Shown: positions 1-9,454 of the stretch, piece by piece | Layout of the letters: the number at the start of each line of letters is the position of its first letter | Numbering within the stretch: the stretch's first letter is position 1 | From: an uncultured Pseudomonadota bacterium | GTDB lineage: Bacteria; Chloroflexota; UBA5177; JAJPKF01 | Length of the DNA stretch: 64,000 nt | Direction of reading: 5' to 3' | NCBI GenBank assembly: GCA_963799725.1 | Contig: CAWCYJ010000003.1 | Coordinates: 9,795 to 73,794, forward strand | Notes under the pieces: model-generated | Told to the model about the DNA's origin: nothing | Database searches by the model: none | Seen by the model: the letters and a program-made list of their open reading frames with translations, nothing else | Position numbers and translations under genes: made by a program

Positions 1-439
1 CCCTTACAGACGGCACCCGGTCTTGCAGTTAATGCAACCGCGTGTCGTTGAAAATCCCTCGATAGGTGGTCTGCTGCTGGGCGCTGGCCGTTGCACGGAC
101 GAGCATATTCGCATGACTAAAAAGACCGGAGCGAGGCGCCGGATGAGATGATGCACGGCGAAAGGCTGTGGCCAGGCACGCACCTTCGCCGCCTCCACGT
201 GGAGTGAGCTCCCGGACGGAACGTTCGTCATGCTGGATGCCGGCCTAGCGGTCGTGGTGCAAGATCACCTCGCGACTTGGACACGTCGCGGCTATCAGGG
301 CCATCGTCCCAGACCTCGCTTTGGATCAGTCCGGGTCATCATGCCTCCCTGCAGGGTGCCGTCCTGCGGGCAGGATATCCCGTTCAGATCGACGCAGCAG
401 CGCTGTAGATCGACGCTGAGGAACGTCGGTAGGGACGGG

Positions 440-1092
440 TTAGTCGGTGGTGATCATTCCGGTTCGAATGGCGTACTTGACCAGGTCGGTGCGGTCGTGG
501 GCGTCGAGCTTTTCCATGATGTGCGCCCTGATGCGTTTGAACGGTTTTGATCGATAGGAAGAGAGCGTCGGCGATCTCCTGGTTGGTCTTGCCCTCGCCG
601 ATCAGCTGAAGCACCTCCCGCTCCCTTTCGGTTAGGATCTCCGGGTCGTCGACGCCCGCTCCGGTGAGGCGCGTACGGTAGTCCTCGAGCATCATGCTGG
701 CGATTGAGGGAGAGAAGTAGCTCTCGCCGTGTGCGGCGGCGTTGATGGCTGTGATGAGCTCCGTGCCAGCAGATCGCTTCAGAACCGCGCCCGTGGCGCC
801 GGCTTTGACGATCTGCGTGAGATAGTGCTGGTTTTCGTGCATGGTCAGGATGACCACTCTGACGTCAGGCCAGCGCTTCTTGATCTGACGGGTGGCTTCC
901 AGCCCATTGAGATTCGGCATGGCGATATCCATGACCACGACGTTGGGGTGAAGCTGCTGCAACCAGCTCGATGGCCTCCCGGCCATCGCCCGCCTCGCCC
1001 ACTACCGTGATCTGCGGCTGCGCATCGATGACCATTCTCAGACCCTCACGCAGAATCGAGTGGTCGTCCACGAGCAGAACTTTGGTGTCCAT
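440..1092 (-). pseudogene. NarL/LuxR-family response regulator (REC + LuxR-type HTH), two frameshifts as sequenced
   Basis: The minus strand reads MDTKVLLVDDHSILREGL...GEAGDGREAIELV. After a frame change near 965 it continues QQLHPNVVVMDIAMPNLNGLEATRQIKK... and LTEREREVLQLIGEGKTNQEIADALFLSIKTVQTH. A second frame change at the ccc run 526-528 leads to AHIMEKLDAHDRTDLVKYAIRTGMITTD then stop. The start ATG overlaps the kinase stop (TGATG). Confidence 0.85.
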
Positions 1093-3012
1093 CAGCATGA
1101 TGCGATGTCCCCTTCCCCTTGGTGCAAGCTTCCGTCTGGATGTACCGGCAAGGCCGGCATTTCCGACTTCCACGTCGTACCTCGATTCGGCGATATCCGA
1201 TCGACGCAACGGGGCAGTCACGGTGATGCGAGTGCCGGAACCAGGCCGGCTCTCGATGTCGAGTGTCGGCTTCGATCAGCTCGGCACGTTCCCGCATCCC
1301 ATAAAGGCCTAGCCCACCCTGCCGTGTTGGACCGCTCAAGTCGTGAGATGTCGAATCCCTCGCCATCGTCCCGAATCTCAAGGCGAGCTGTCCCATCCGA
1401 GACATCAAGGCTGACCTGGACGTGCGCAGCCCGAGAATGCTTGGCGGCGTTGGTCATGGCCTCCTGTGCCATGCGGAACAACGTGAGCTCGAGCTCAGGC
1501 GAGAGCCGCACATCCTCGCCCGCCGGCTCGAACGGAGATCTGTCCCGGAAACGAGTGCGAGAGATCGTCCGCGAAGGTTTCGATGGCGGCCACCAGGCCG
1601 ACGTCATCCAGGATGGTGGGGCGAAGGTCGTGTGAGAGCGCTCTGGTTTCGTCGAGTGTTCGCTTGGCAAGCGACCGAAGACGGTCGATGGCGGGACCGA
1701 CTCCTGAGGCAGAGGGCGGCAGCTGCTGCTCGATGAGATCGATGTTGATGAGCAGAGTCGCGAGCGACTGCGCCGTTTCGTCGTGCAGCTCACGAGCGAT
1801 CCGCTTCCGCTCCTCCTCCTGCGCATGTAGGATCCGACCGGTCATCTCCAGGGTCTGCTGCTCGATCTGACGGGTACGCTTCTCGACCTCGCGCCTCAAG
1901 CTGGTGGCTCCATGCCGCCAGACGATCACGCGCCGAGGCCGCCTGCTCATAGAGCCTGGCATTCGTGATGGCGACGGCGGCATGATTGGCCAGCAGCTCG
2001 AGTAGCTGCTGATCCTCCTCCGAGAAGGTCGGTGGTCCACGCTTCTCCGTCATATAGAGGTTGCCGACGACATTGCCCTGGAAGACGATCGGCACGCCAA
2101 GCAAGGTCTTCATGCTGGGATGATTGGGAGGGAAGCCGACGCTGTCGGGATGACGCTGGATATCGTCGGTACGGAGCGGGACTCTGTCGCGAATGAGGAG
2201 TCCCAGCAGGCCGTGGCCTTGGGGAAGCGGGCCGATGGCGGCGCGCTCCTCTTGAGTGATGCCCGATGTGATGAACTGCGTGATGGTGCCGTTCTCGTCT
2301 GCCACTCCCAGTGCCCCATAGCCCGCGTCGACAAGCTCGCGGGCTGAATCCACGATCTTCTGCAGCACCTGCGGCGGGATCGAGCGCGGATGAGATAGCG
2401 GCGATCGAAGCGTTTACGGCGGTCAGCTGACGATTTCGCTGCTCGACCCGGCGGTGCGCCGTATCCAGCTCCAGAACGCGATCCTGAAGCGTCTCGTTCA
2501 GACCCGCCACGTGCGGCCTGCTGGCGCTCGATGACGCGGAACACCCACACCGCAAATGGAACGGCACCGAGCGCGATGAGTCCGAATACCAGGAGGAACC
2601 GGGGAAGCGGATTAGGGATCAGTACGTCGAGGCCAAAGATCGTCGCGGCCTCGACGGCGGCGAGGAAGGCAACGGGCGCCACGATGGACAGCAGTCGCAG
2701 CCGGCTCAGACTCAGGGCAGATTCCCCTACAGGTCGTTCTTGCTCAATCATAGAGACCAGAGGGGTTAACGAGGCCGGCGGCTGTGGGAAGCGGCCGTCG
2801 GCGGCCGAGCTGCTGAGTCCGAGCGCACGGCCCGCCCACAGAAAGACCAGGAAGAACATAGGCATACCCGCCAAGATCCGTGGGCGAGAGCCTGTGGCCA
2901 GCCCGTCATAGGTGATGCCGAGCCCGACGAGGCTGATCAAGAAGGCGGCAATCGTCACCGTGTGCCGCGGGAGGTGCTGGATGTCCTCTATCAAGTCCGC
3001 TCCGTCAACCAA
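1092..3012 (-). pseudogene. Sensor histidine kinase (multi-TM N-terminus, coiled coil, GAF-like domain, HisKA_3, HATPase_c), at least 5 frameshifts as sequenced
   Basis: Consecutive pieces lie in three minus frames. They are the TM-rich ORF 2110-3012, the coiled coil NETLQDRVLELDTAHRRVEQRNRQL, the GAF-like block in ORF 1790-2368, the H-box ELHDETAQSLATL, and ATP-lid motifs MAQEAMTNAAKHS, RDDGEGF, GLGLYGMRERAEL and SRPGSGTRITV. The stop I chose is the TGA overlapping the regulator ATG. Confidence 0.8.
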
Positions 3013-3240
3013 GATCTGCGACTTATATGCCCTCAGCGTAGGCCCTGGAAAACCAAGGGGGCTATCGGTTCATGGCCCGATAGGTTGGCGACATAGGCCT
3101 GACAAAATCGAGAAACGTAAGGCGTTTCGCCGGAACGGATCGGGCGTGGGATCGGCAAATATCAGTAGCTCATCCGATTGGTCCAGAAGGCCTAAATTCT
3201 CAGAATGTAAGTGTAAATCAAATCCAAAGGAGACAGACCG

Positions 3241-3888
3241 ATGACATCAGAACTTCGCTGGAGAGTCATGATCCTCCAAGGCGCAATGGTAGTGGTATTC
3301 GCGTTTTGCGCGGGTTTCCTCTTCTGGGCTTCCAACTACACGCACTCCTCGGTCAAGACGCAGCTTGCCGCGCAGTCGGTCGTCTTCCCCTCCAAGGGAA
3401 GCCCCGAAATCAGCGCCGCAGCCCTCACGCCTTGCGCGAAGCTTCCCTCCGGCGCCAATTGCCCTATCGCCTCCGGCCCTTCCGTCGGCAAAGCCAATGC
3501 CGCCGCCATGGCCAAGTATGCCGGTCAGACGATGACCACAGGTGAGCAGGCACAGACGTACGCCAATAGCTTCATCCAGGTTCACCTCTCCGACATGGGC
3601 TACACGTACTCGGGAATTAGCGCTCTCGCGTTGCAGCACCCGACGAACACCACGTACCAGACGTTGGACGGAACGATCTTCAAGGGGACGACCCTGCGCA
3701 GCATGCTCCTCAGTGCCTACGGTTGGTGGACAGTGGGAACATATGCCGGCTATGCAGCCATCGGCGTCCTGCTCGCAGCCATCGCGGTCTTCGGAGCCTT
3801 CCTCTTCGAGCTCCTGGCTGCCACGCGACGGTTCTCGGTTCCAGCAGCGCGGCCGGCGAAGCGGACGAGCCCGGTCACGACTGCCTAA
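3241..3888 (+). CDS. Hypothetical membrane protein with N- and C-terminal TM helices
   Basis: The ATG is preceded by aaaggagaca. The ORF is an intact 215 aa. Hydrophobic helices MILQGAMVVVFAFCAGFLFW and AAIGVLLAAIAVFGAFLFELL flank a soluble middle, and a terminator follows. Confidence 0.6.
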   Translation: MTSELRWRVMILQGAMVVVFAFCAGFLFWASNYTHSSVKTQLAAQSVVFPSKGSPEISAAALTPCAKLPSGANCPIASGPSVGKANAAAMAKYAGQTMTTGEQAQTYANSFIQVHLSDMGYTYSGISALALQHPTNTTYQTLDGTIFKGTTLRSMLLSAYGWWTVGTYAGYAAIGVLLAAIAVFGAFLFELLAATRRFSVPAARPAKRTSPVTTA

Positions 3889-3902
3889 ACACCCCATCCC
3901 TC

Positions 3903-3937
3903 GAGCCCGGCCCGAATGGCCGGGCTCTTTGTCGTTT
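3903..3937 (+). terminator. Intrinsic terminator after 3241-3888
   Basis: gagcccggcc / cgaat / ggccgggctc forms a 10-bp GC stem, followed by tttgtcgttt. Confidence 0.7.
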
Positions 3938-4303
3938 GGGTGAAGGTGGAATCATGGACACTCCCCTGAAGCTGACGTCGTCTCCCACTATGTCGATCTG
4001 AAGCTCTCTTCCCCGAGCTTGACAATCATTCCGATCCATTGGGCACGAGTACGACTTCCATGTCTGATTGCGTGACGAACGGCGGGAACAGCCAGACGCA
4101 CGGGAGAATGCGGGCTGGGTATCGCCTAGGGGTTGGACCGAGATTGTTTAACGCGATGGCCCATCCTGGATCCGATGGGGGACGCTCAGGCCCCACCAAC
4201 CGCGCCCTCCGTCACTTAGGCGGCTTCGGGCTCCGCCACCCTGCGCGTCACTGCGGTCATACAAGGCAATAAGGCAGCCCTGCTTTCGATTGTTCCAACG
4301 GCG

Positions 4304-4962
4304 TTGCCGGTTGCGCAGCAGACTCCAAAGGTCCCGTACCAGATCTACGTCCGTGACTCGCCGCGCAAGCTCCTCGGGATGTACCCCAGGAGCGAGACGC
4401 AGCTTCATGCCGACCGGCATCCCGGTACTTTCCTGCTGGCGGCCACAATTCCTGCCTCCGAGGCAGCCAAGCTCGACTTCATGGATGGGGCGACCGTACT
4501 CGATAGCCGGAAGTAGACGGCTGCGCCTCTGTGAAGCTCGAGTCGCCAAAGCCGGGAACCGTGATCGGCTCGATGGTAGCGGTTGGCTGGTCGGTGAGCG
4601 GAGATGGACCGAAGAAACCACTCGAAACCTTCGTTCGGTAATCGGCTGATGCGAGAAAACATTACCGACCGGTTGGAATGGCCTACCGAGAGAATAGTCG
4701 CTTGCTGCCCGGCGAAACTCTTCTTCAAATCACCCAGCAACGCGACGCTGTAACTCGACGGAACAGCCGCGGACGATCGCGGGCTGCGGCCAAATCGTTG
4801 AATTGGTTCCTCAACAGCAAGCAGCTCGCAGCGGGCAGCATTGCCGGCACGACCAACCTACGGCTTGGAACGGATACCGTGACCCTGCTCGCCACCGATG
4901 GCATTGGCCGCAGCAATAAAGCTGTGCAAACCATCGAGGTTTTTGCGGGAGGCAAAGGCTAG
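4304..4962 (+). pseudogene. Remnant or frameshifted Ig-like/PKD-like repeat protein, extent uncertain
   Basis: Plus-strand pieces in three frames read ...LHADRHPGTFLLAATIPASEAAKLDFMDGATVLDS, VDGCASVKLESPKPGTVIGSMVAVGWSVSGDG, FFKSPSNATL, LDGTAADDRG and AAKSLNWFLNSKQLAAGSIAGTTNLRLGTDTVTLLATDGIGRSNKAVQTIEV. The last block has a PKD/Ig-like pattern. Third-position GC of the 4304-4516 frame is high. Confidence 0.35.
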
Positions 4963-5049
4963 AACGGTCGATGGAGGTTCACTGCGAGGAAGGCAAGGCC
5001 ACTACTCGGATGGTCTCGCCTTTCGACGGGCTTCGGATCTAGCGTGCCC

Positions 5050-5253
5050 TCATCCGTTCCGTCTCCGAGCCGCAGCTTGCTTACTTCGCGCAAGCTCACG
5101 TCCCGACCACCAAAGGCCGACCATGAGCAGCGGAACTCCCATCGTGAGGTCGCCAAGGTTGCCCCTCATCAAGGCGTCGAAAAGAAGACCCATCCCCACG
5201 ATCCCCGCGAGCGTGGCGGCGGCCACCAATGCATGGTTCCTTATGGCGGTCAT
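5050..5253 (-). CDS. Small 2-TM membrane protein, last gene of the cytochrome b operon
   Basis: This is a 67-aa ORF whose ATG overlaps the upstream stop by 4 nt (ATGA). It has two hydrophobic segments, LVAAATLAGIVGMGLLF and GVPLLMVGLWW. Confidence 0.55.
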   Translation of the reverse strand: MTAIRNHALVAAATLAGIVGMGLLFDALMRGNLGDLTMGVPLLMVGLWWSGRELARSKQAAARRRNG

Positions 5254-6239
5254 CGTGCGGATTCTCCATCATTCGGGACGCGCGCGGGAGTGGTATGCTC
5301 TCGCTGCTCCCGATAGTAGTCTCTCCAAATCAGACGGTAGACCTTGAGGTAACGTGGAAGCCGATTGAGGCCCGGGATCCATGGAACCAGTAGGAGGATG
5401 AGGGTCAAGATCGCCACCGTGAGGATGGCGAGGGCATCAGTGTTGGCGGCCCAGGCCGTGGTGTACGGCGGAATCTGGTAGAGCATCGTGTACAGCCACA
5501 GCCACGCCTGACCTGGATAGTTTCCGGTCTCGTTCATGGCGCCCCAGGTGGACCCGAGCAGGTTGAACTTGGCCGCGTGGTTAGTGACGGCGTCGTTCTG
5601 CATGAACAACAGAGGCTTGGTGTAGTCGGTCTCGTAGAAATGGCCGCTGGTCAGCAGCAGACCATCCATGGCGCCACTTCTCCCGAGATTTAGCTCCGAT
5701 TTCATCATTGAAGCGACGGGGCCGCAAGCGCAGGCAGGAATATGAAGCTTGCGACCCACCAACGTGGACTTGTTGAGTGCTGCCTGAAGTGATGTCTCCC
5801 AGGCGCTCTGACGTGAGGGGCTGGCGAGGTTGAATGCAGCCAAGCTCGATTTCAGCCTGGGGTCGGTCGACGAGGCCGCCTTCAACGGGTTGAGCACGTA
5901 CGTGGTGCTGGTATTGATGGGGATGTGGACCCCGAAGAGCTTCTGCAGCGAGAGCGGGCCGATGTACTGAACCGATCCGGTTCCGTTGTTATAAGGAGGG
6001 CCGTAGCTAGAGATGGGGCTATTGCCGTCGAGCTCGTCTAGGGCCGTCTGCACAAAGATTCGGGGAGTTTGTGTTGCCACCCCTTTGAGTGTCAGAGGCG
6101 GCTCGTCGGGTGACGACAGGAACACCGACAGGAGAAGGACGAGAACCGTGACAGCTAGCAGGGCCAGCAGCAGCTCTCGCACGATGTCGTAAGGTGCCAT
6201 ACGCACGCCTCGATAGTATTGCTCCTTGCTGCTGCTCAT
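5250..6239 (-). CDS. Bitopic/polytopic membrane protein with a large extracytoplasmic domain, translationally coupled to cytochrome b
   Basis: The ORF is an intact 329 aa and overlaps both neighbours by 4 nt. It has an N-terminal TM (LLLALLAVTVLVLLLSVFL) and C-terminal TMs (WLWLYTMLY, ALAILTVAILTLILLLVPW). I saw no PEWY motif and no CxxCH. Confidence 0.65.
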   Translation of the reverse strand: MSSSKEQYYRGVRMAPYDIVRELLLALLAVTVLVLLLSVFLSSPDEPPLTLKGVATQTPRIFVQTALDELDGNSPISSYGPPYNNGTGSVQYIGPLSLQKLFGVHIPINTSTTYVLNPLKAASSTDPRLKSSLAAFNLASPSRQSAWETSLQAALNKSTLVGRKLHIPACACGPVASMMKSELNLGRSGAMDGLLLTSGHFYETDYTKPLLFMQNDAVTNHAAKFNLLGSTWGAMNETGNYPGQAWLWLYTMLYQIPPYTTAWAANTDALAILTVAILTLILLLVPWIPGLNRLPRYLKVYRLIWRDYYREQREHTTPARVPNDGESAR

Positions 6240-6892
6240 CGACTCGCCTCCTGCCCCGGGACGGCGGACGCAGGTGGATGACCCGTGCTTGTGCTTGGGC
6301 TTGGTCCTTCGTCATACGGCTTGACCACGCCGCGGATCCGAACTAGTGTCAGGTGCACGGCCATCAATGTCGCTACGGCCACTGGAAGGATGAAGATGTG
6401 AAGGCCATACATCTGACCGAAGTTGAGCACGTTAAAGAAGGCGCCGACGCCGATGGAGTTAATCGCGTCCTTCCCCTGAACTGCGATCCATTGTGAATCG
6501 AAGTTCTGCTGGGACACGTAGCCCGTGAAGGCTGTGCCGATTGACACCGCAAATGTGACCACCCCGGATGCCCAGGTCATACCACGGCCATCCCTCCAGG
6601 CACCCTGGAAGAAGGCGGTCCAAAGATGCAGCACCATAAAGAAAAAGAATGCCTGGACGGACCAGAAGTGGAGGCTATTGAAGAAGTGGCCGACGTTAGA
6701 GGAGTGCCACCACTGGGGTCCAAAGAACGACAGAACGACACCGGTTGCGATGAGAAGAACAAAGCTGGCGATTGTGGCCACGCCGAAGAGGTAGACGTAG
6801 CTGTGAACATACGCCGGTTGGTTCTCGGGGAGCAGCTCTTCGTACGGCAGGTCACGCGACAGTTTCCGCTGCAGCGCCCCTGTCAGACTCAT
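6236..6892 (-). CDS. Cytochrome b, N-terminal (b6-type) di-haem domain protein
   Basis: The 218-aa protein has four TM helices. Helix B reads SLHFWSVQAFFFFMVLHLW (H-x13-H) and helix D reads GLHIFILPVAVATLMAVHL (H-x14-H), which is the b6/Firmicute-type haem ligand spacing. Confidence 0.85.
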   Translation of the reverse strand: MSLTGALQRKLSRDLPYEELLPENQPAYVHSYVYLFGVATIASFVLLIATGVVLSFFGPQWWHSSNVGHFFNSLHFWSVQAFFFFMVLHLWTAFFQGAWRDGRGMTWASGVVTFAVSIGTAFTGYVSQQNFDSQWIAVQGKDAINSIGVGAFFNVLNFGQMYGLHIFILPVAVATLMAVHLTLVRIRGVVKPYDEGPSPSTSTGHPPASAVPGQEASR

Positions 6893-7029
6893 CGGCCGCG
6901 CCTCTTCTTGTTAGGAAATGGAACGAGTACAGCCAACACGAAGACTAGGATCATCAGCAGGATCACGGTGAGGTTGGCGACGGAAATCAGAATGAAGCCC
7001 CAATGGAAGTAATGTGCTGCAGCGTTCAC
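6889..7029 (-). CDS. 46-aa membrane mini-protein, first gene of the cytochrome b operon (below the ORF-track cutoff)
   Basis: A GTG start sits 5 nt after AGGGAGAG. The product reads VNAAAHYFHWGFILISVANLTVILLMILVFVLAVLVPFPNKKRRGR. Its stop overlaps the cytochrome b ATG (ATGA). Confidence 0.5.
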   Translation of the reverse strand: MNAAAHYFHWGFILISVANLTVILLMILVFVLAVLVPFPNKKRRGR

Positions 7030-7447
7030 GTGCTCTCCCTTCAAGAGTGGCGTGGAACCTGAACAAGCCCCACGGTGTCAGCTTAGCCCGAATCGGCTCG
7101 TTGGCTCCATCAGGCTGAGACCCGATATCCGGAGGATATGGGCCTGAGGCTGGCTCGGTTCTCCGTCTAGCGAGGCAGTTCGGCGGAAGCCAGAAAGGCC
7201 AAGAGCCTCACCAAGGACGAGTGGCTCCTAGGCGCCTAGGGGCGCCGTTGAGCTGCAGCGAGTCGTTCACTGGTTGCGGGAGGAACCAATTCGAAAGTCC
7301 GCATCGAGGAGCCTAACGGCAAAAGGGTGACTGGCAGGCTGGCTCGGCCCCCACGAGGCTCTCTGGTTTCGAAGTTATCCCGCCCGGGTAAGGACGCGAA
7401 TCGGTAGCCGCGAAGCGAGACCCAGCCGATGCAGAACAGGAGGCGAG

Positions 7448-7470
7448 AAGGCGCGTAGTGACCGCGCCTT
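7448..7470 (-). terminator. Hairpin downstream of 7515-8051, a possible terminator without a clear U-tract
   Basis: aaggcgcg / 7 nt / cgcgcctt is a perfect 8-bp stem about 45 nt after the stop. On the minus strand it is followed by the pyrimidine-rich CTTCTCGCCTCC. Confidence 0.3.
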
Positions 7471-7514
7471 GGGATTTGGCTAAGACAGGTCGCTTCAGGG
7501 GCTGAGGTTATGGG

Positions 7515-8051
7515 CTAAGGATTTTTGTAACAAGGTGCAAGTGGGCTGTGGAAAATCGTTGTTTGAGGCTTGCCAGTGCAGTAGATGTCAGACACTTTCC
7601 AACCGGACTTCTTCTTGACAGCGACAAAGGTTTCCCGGGCTGGACCATCAGTCTTTCCCATGTCGTATACAACCTTGGCTTGCGCTCTATCGCCGTTCTT
7701 GGTCGTCCCTCCAATTCGTACGGAAGCGGGACCGAACTGCGCCCGAAAAATTGGCTGGCAGTCACATCCCGGTGGTTTTGAGCCCGGACCGTTGCTCTCG
7801 ACGATGTATCGCCGCCCCAAGCGATTTGTGACAGGGCAGACGGACCACTTGTTGCACGTCGCAACGGCAGGCTTGGCTGGACATCCTGAAATGCCCTTGA
7901 GCTCGAAGCAGGCCACCGCCTTTAGTGCCTCCCACGGAGCTGGTCTAGCGGTATACGAGGAACGGGCGAAGACGGAGAAAGGCATGCCGGACAAAAGGAC
8001 GGCCAGCAGAACGGAGACGCCGAATCGACGAAGGAATGCCACGAAACCCAC
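7515..8051 (-). CDS. Secreted cysteine-containing hypothetical protein
   Basis: This is an intact 178-aa ORF with a signal-peptide-like N-terminus (FGVSVLLAVLLSGMPFSVFA). A GGAGG lies 8 nt upstream of an internal GTG at 8042, so the true start may be 8042. Confidence 0.6.
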   Translation of the reverse strand: MGFVAFLRRFGVSVLLAVLLSGMPFSVFARSSYTARPAPWEALKAVACFELKGISGCPAKPAVATCNKWSVCPVTNRLGRRYIVESNGPGSKPPGCDCQPIFRAQFGPASVRIGGTTKNGDRAQAKVVYDMGKTDGPARETFVAVKKKSGWKVSDIYCTGKPQTTIFHSPLAPCYKNP

Positions 8052-8260
8052 CTCCCATTACTATACTGTCGTCACTATAATATCGTTTCCTCAAGGGGAG
8101 CCAGCCAATAGCAACAGCGGTCAGAGATTCCGGGGGCGGAGGCATCTCTAACTGCGGGCCCGGCTCCCATCGCTTCTGTCGGCACGGAAACAACCCGGAC
8201 TCACGAAAGGTAAGTGCTAGTATTGCCAAACTCGGGAATTGCCAAGGAAGGCGGTTTGAC

Positions 8261-9454
8261 GTGGCTGCTACAGCCTGGCCCGGCAGGGTGAAGGTAATCA
8301 TAGCGGCAGTACTTCTGAGTAGTGGAGTCCTACTTATTGGGACAGCTTCTGCTCCGCGAGCCGTGGCGAGGGCAGCCAAAGGCGCTGACACCAACTCGAT
8401 CAACTCCTTGAAGATGATTGGGCCGAAGGTCGGATGGGCACTGACAAACGTTGGCGTGGCAAGAACGATAGATGGAGGCCGACAATGGCGTCCTGTCGGG
8501 CCCCGAACCTATACCTTGTCCCTGTCGCACTGCAATAACGATAACGGTAGTGAAGCACTCTTCGCCCTTAGCGGTAGCTCTGCCTGGATTGTTTTTCACT
8601 GCGACGGGTCGACGGGCAGCTCGAATCGATTAAGAATTTGGCATACGACGACCAGAGGAGCTACGTGGAAGACGTCGAGATTGAGAGACAACGGGTTCGT
8701 TCAAGCACACAGTTTGTTTCTCGACTTCGTCAGTCCGGATGTCGGATGGCTCGCTACGGAGTCTGCGGACGGCACGCCGCCCAGGGTGGAAAGGCTTTTC
8801 CGAAGCGTCGACGCTGGCACCCATTGGCAATACGTGGCAGCCGAAGGGGGCCAGCTCTCTAATCTGCTAGGCTTCTCTTCGGGTGCTACCGGTTTCGGAT
8901 ACGGCCCCACGACAGATGGTCCATGGGGCCTGTACTATTCTGACTTCAAGCACTTTCCTTCTGTGACCCAGGACGGGGGAAGGGTCTGGTTCCACGCGGA
9001 AGCTCCAAAGCCTCCAGGTTTCGGGACGGCACTGCTCACTGTCGGAACCCCAGGTTTTAGCGGCCCCGACTCGGCAGCGGTTCCCGTGTCCGGCTGGGTG
9101 GGTTCGAGCCCGGAAGCTCCGTCTCACACTTTCTGCGCCACCTATCACACTCGGGACGGCGGTCGACATTGGCGGTATGAGACCCCGCTCGCTCAGGTCT
9201 GTCCCGCAGAATACCTCAACAAGTCCGTGGGCTGGGCCACACCTGCCTCGGGAAGCAAGCATGGAAGCCTTTATCGGACAACCGATGGTGGGCGTCGGTG
9301 GACCCTCCTGGGCCATAGCATTTGGGATGTCCCGGGCCAGTTCACCTTTGTCACTCCCAAGTTCGGATTCATCGTTCCGGGCGATCGCTCGATCATCGTG
9401 ACGCATGACTCAGGGGCGACCTGGCACCGTCTCACTCCAAGGTTCCTTTCATAG
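8261..9454 (+). CDS. Secreted BNR/Asp-box beta-propeller protein (sialidase/Ycf48-like fold)
   Basis: The ORF is an intact 397 aa with a hydrophobic N-terminus. It carries six Asp-box-like motifs: TIDGGRQW, SVDAGTHW, TQDGGRVW, TRDGGRHW, TTDGGRRW and THDSGATW. It is a paralog of 32109-33278. Confidence 0.65.
   Translation: MAATAWPGRVKVIIAAVLLSSGVLLIGTASAPRAVARAAKGADTNSINSLKMIGPKVGWALTNVGVARTIDGGRQWRPVGPRTYTLSLSHCNNDNGSEALFALSGSSAWIVFHCDGSTGSSNRLRIWHTTTRGATWKTSRLRDNGFVQAHSLFLDFVSPDVGWLATESADGTPPRVERLFRSVDAGTHWQYVAAEGGQLSNLLGFSSGATGFGYGPTTDGPWGLYYSDFKHFPSVTQDGGRVWFHAEAPKPPGFGTALLTVGTPGFSGPDSAAVPVSGWVGSSPEAPSHTFCATYHTRDGGRHWRYETPLAQVCPAEYLNKSVGWATPASGSKHGSLYRTTDGGRRWTLLGHSIWDVPGQFTFVTPKFGFIVPGDRSIIVTHDSGATWHRLTPRFLS

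Noticed and set aside
1-439. ORFs 4-231 (minus) and 230-550 (plus) at the window edge.
   Set aside because: No family, RBS or consistent frame could be supported, so no call was made.
865-1221. In-frame read-through from the kinase C-terminus into the response regulator (a possible hybrid kinase).
   Set aside because: An alternative frame ends in a TGA that overlaps the regulator ATG (TGATG), preceded by an RBS-like AAGGGGAAGGGGA. The read-through is best explained by one more indel in the kinase tail.
4148-4621. Minus-strand 157-aa ORF with a DUF559-like string (LWSLLRNRQ).
   Set aside because: The resemblance is limited to a few residues. The opposite strand shows several Ig/PKD-like blocks with high third-position GC, so the plus-strand remnant is the better explanation.
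7030-7514. Tried to identify the ORF-free region as RNase P RNA, tmRNA, SRP RNA, or a TPP, FMN or cobalamin riboswitch.
   Set aside because: Only short word matches were found (GAAAGUCCG, AGGGUG, GGUAAGG, CAGAAC, CUGAGA). The spacing is far too short for RNase P, and no P4 complement is present. There is no tmRNA tag or UCCACCA end. The core motifs of the riboswitch classes are absent. It is left unassigned rather than named.
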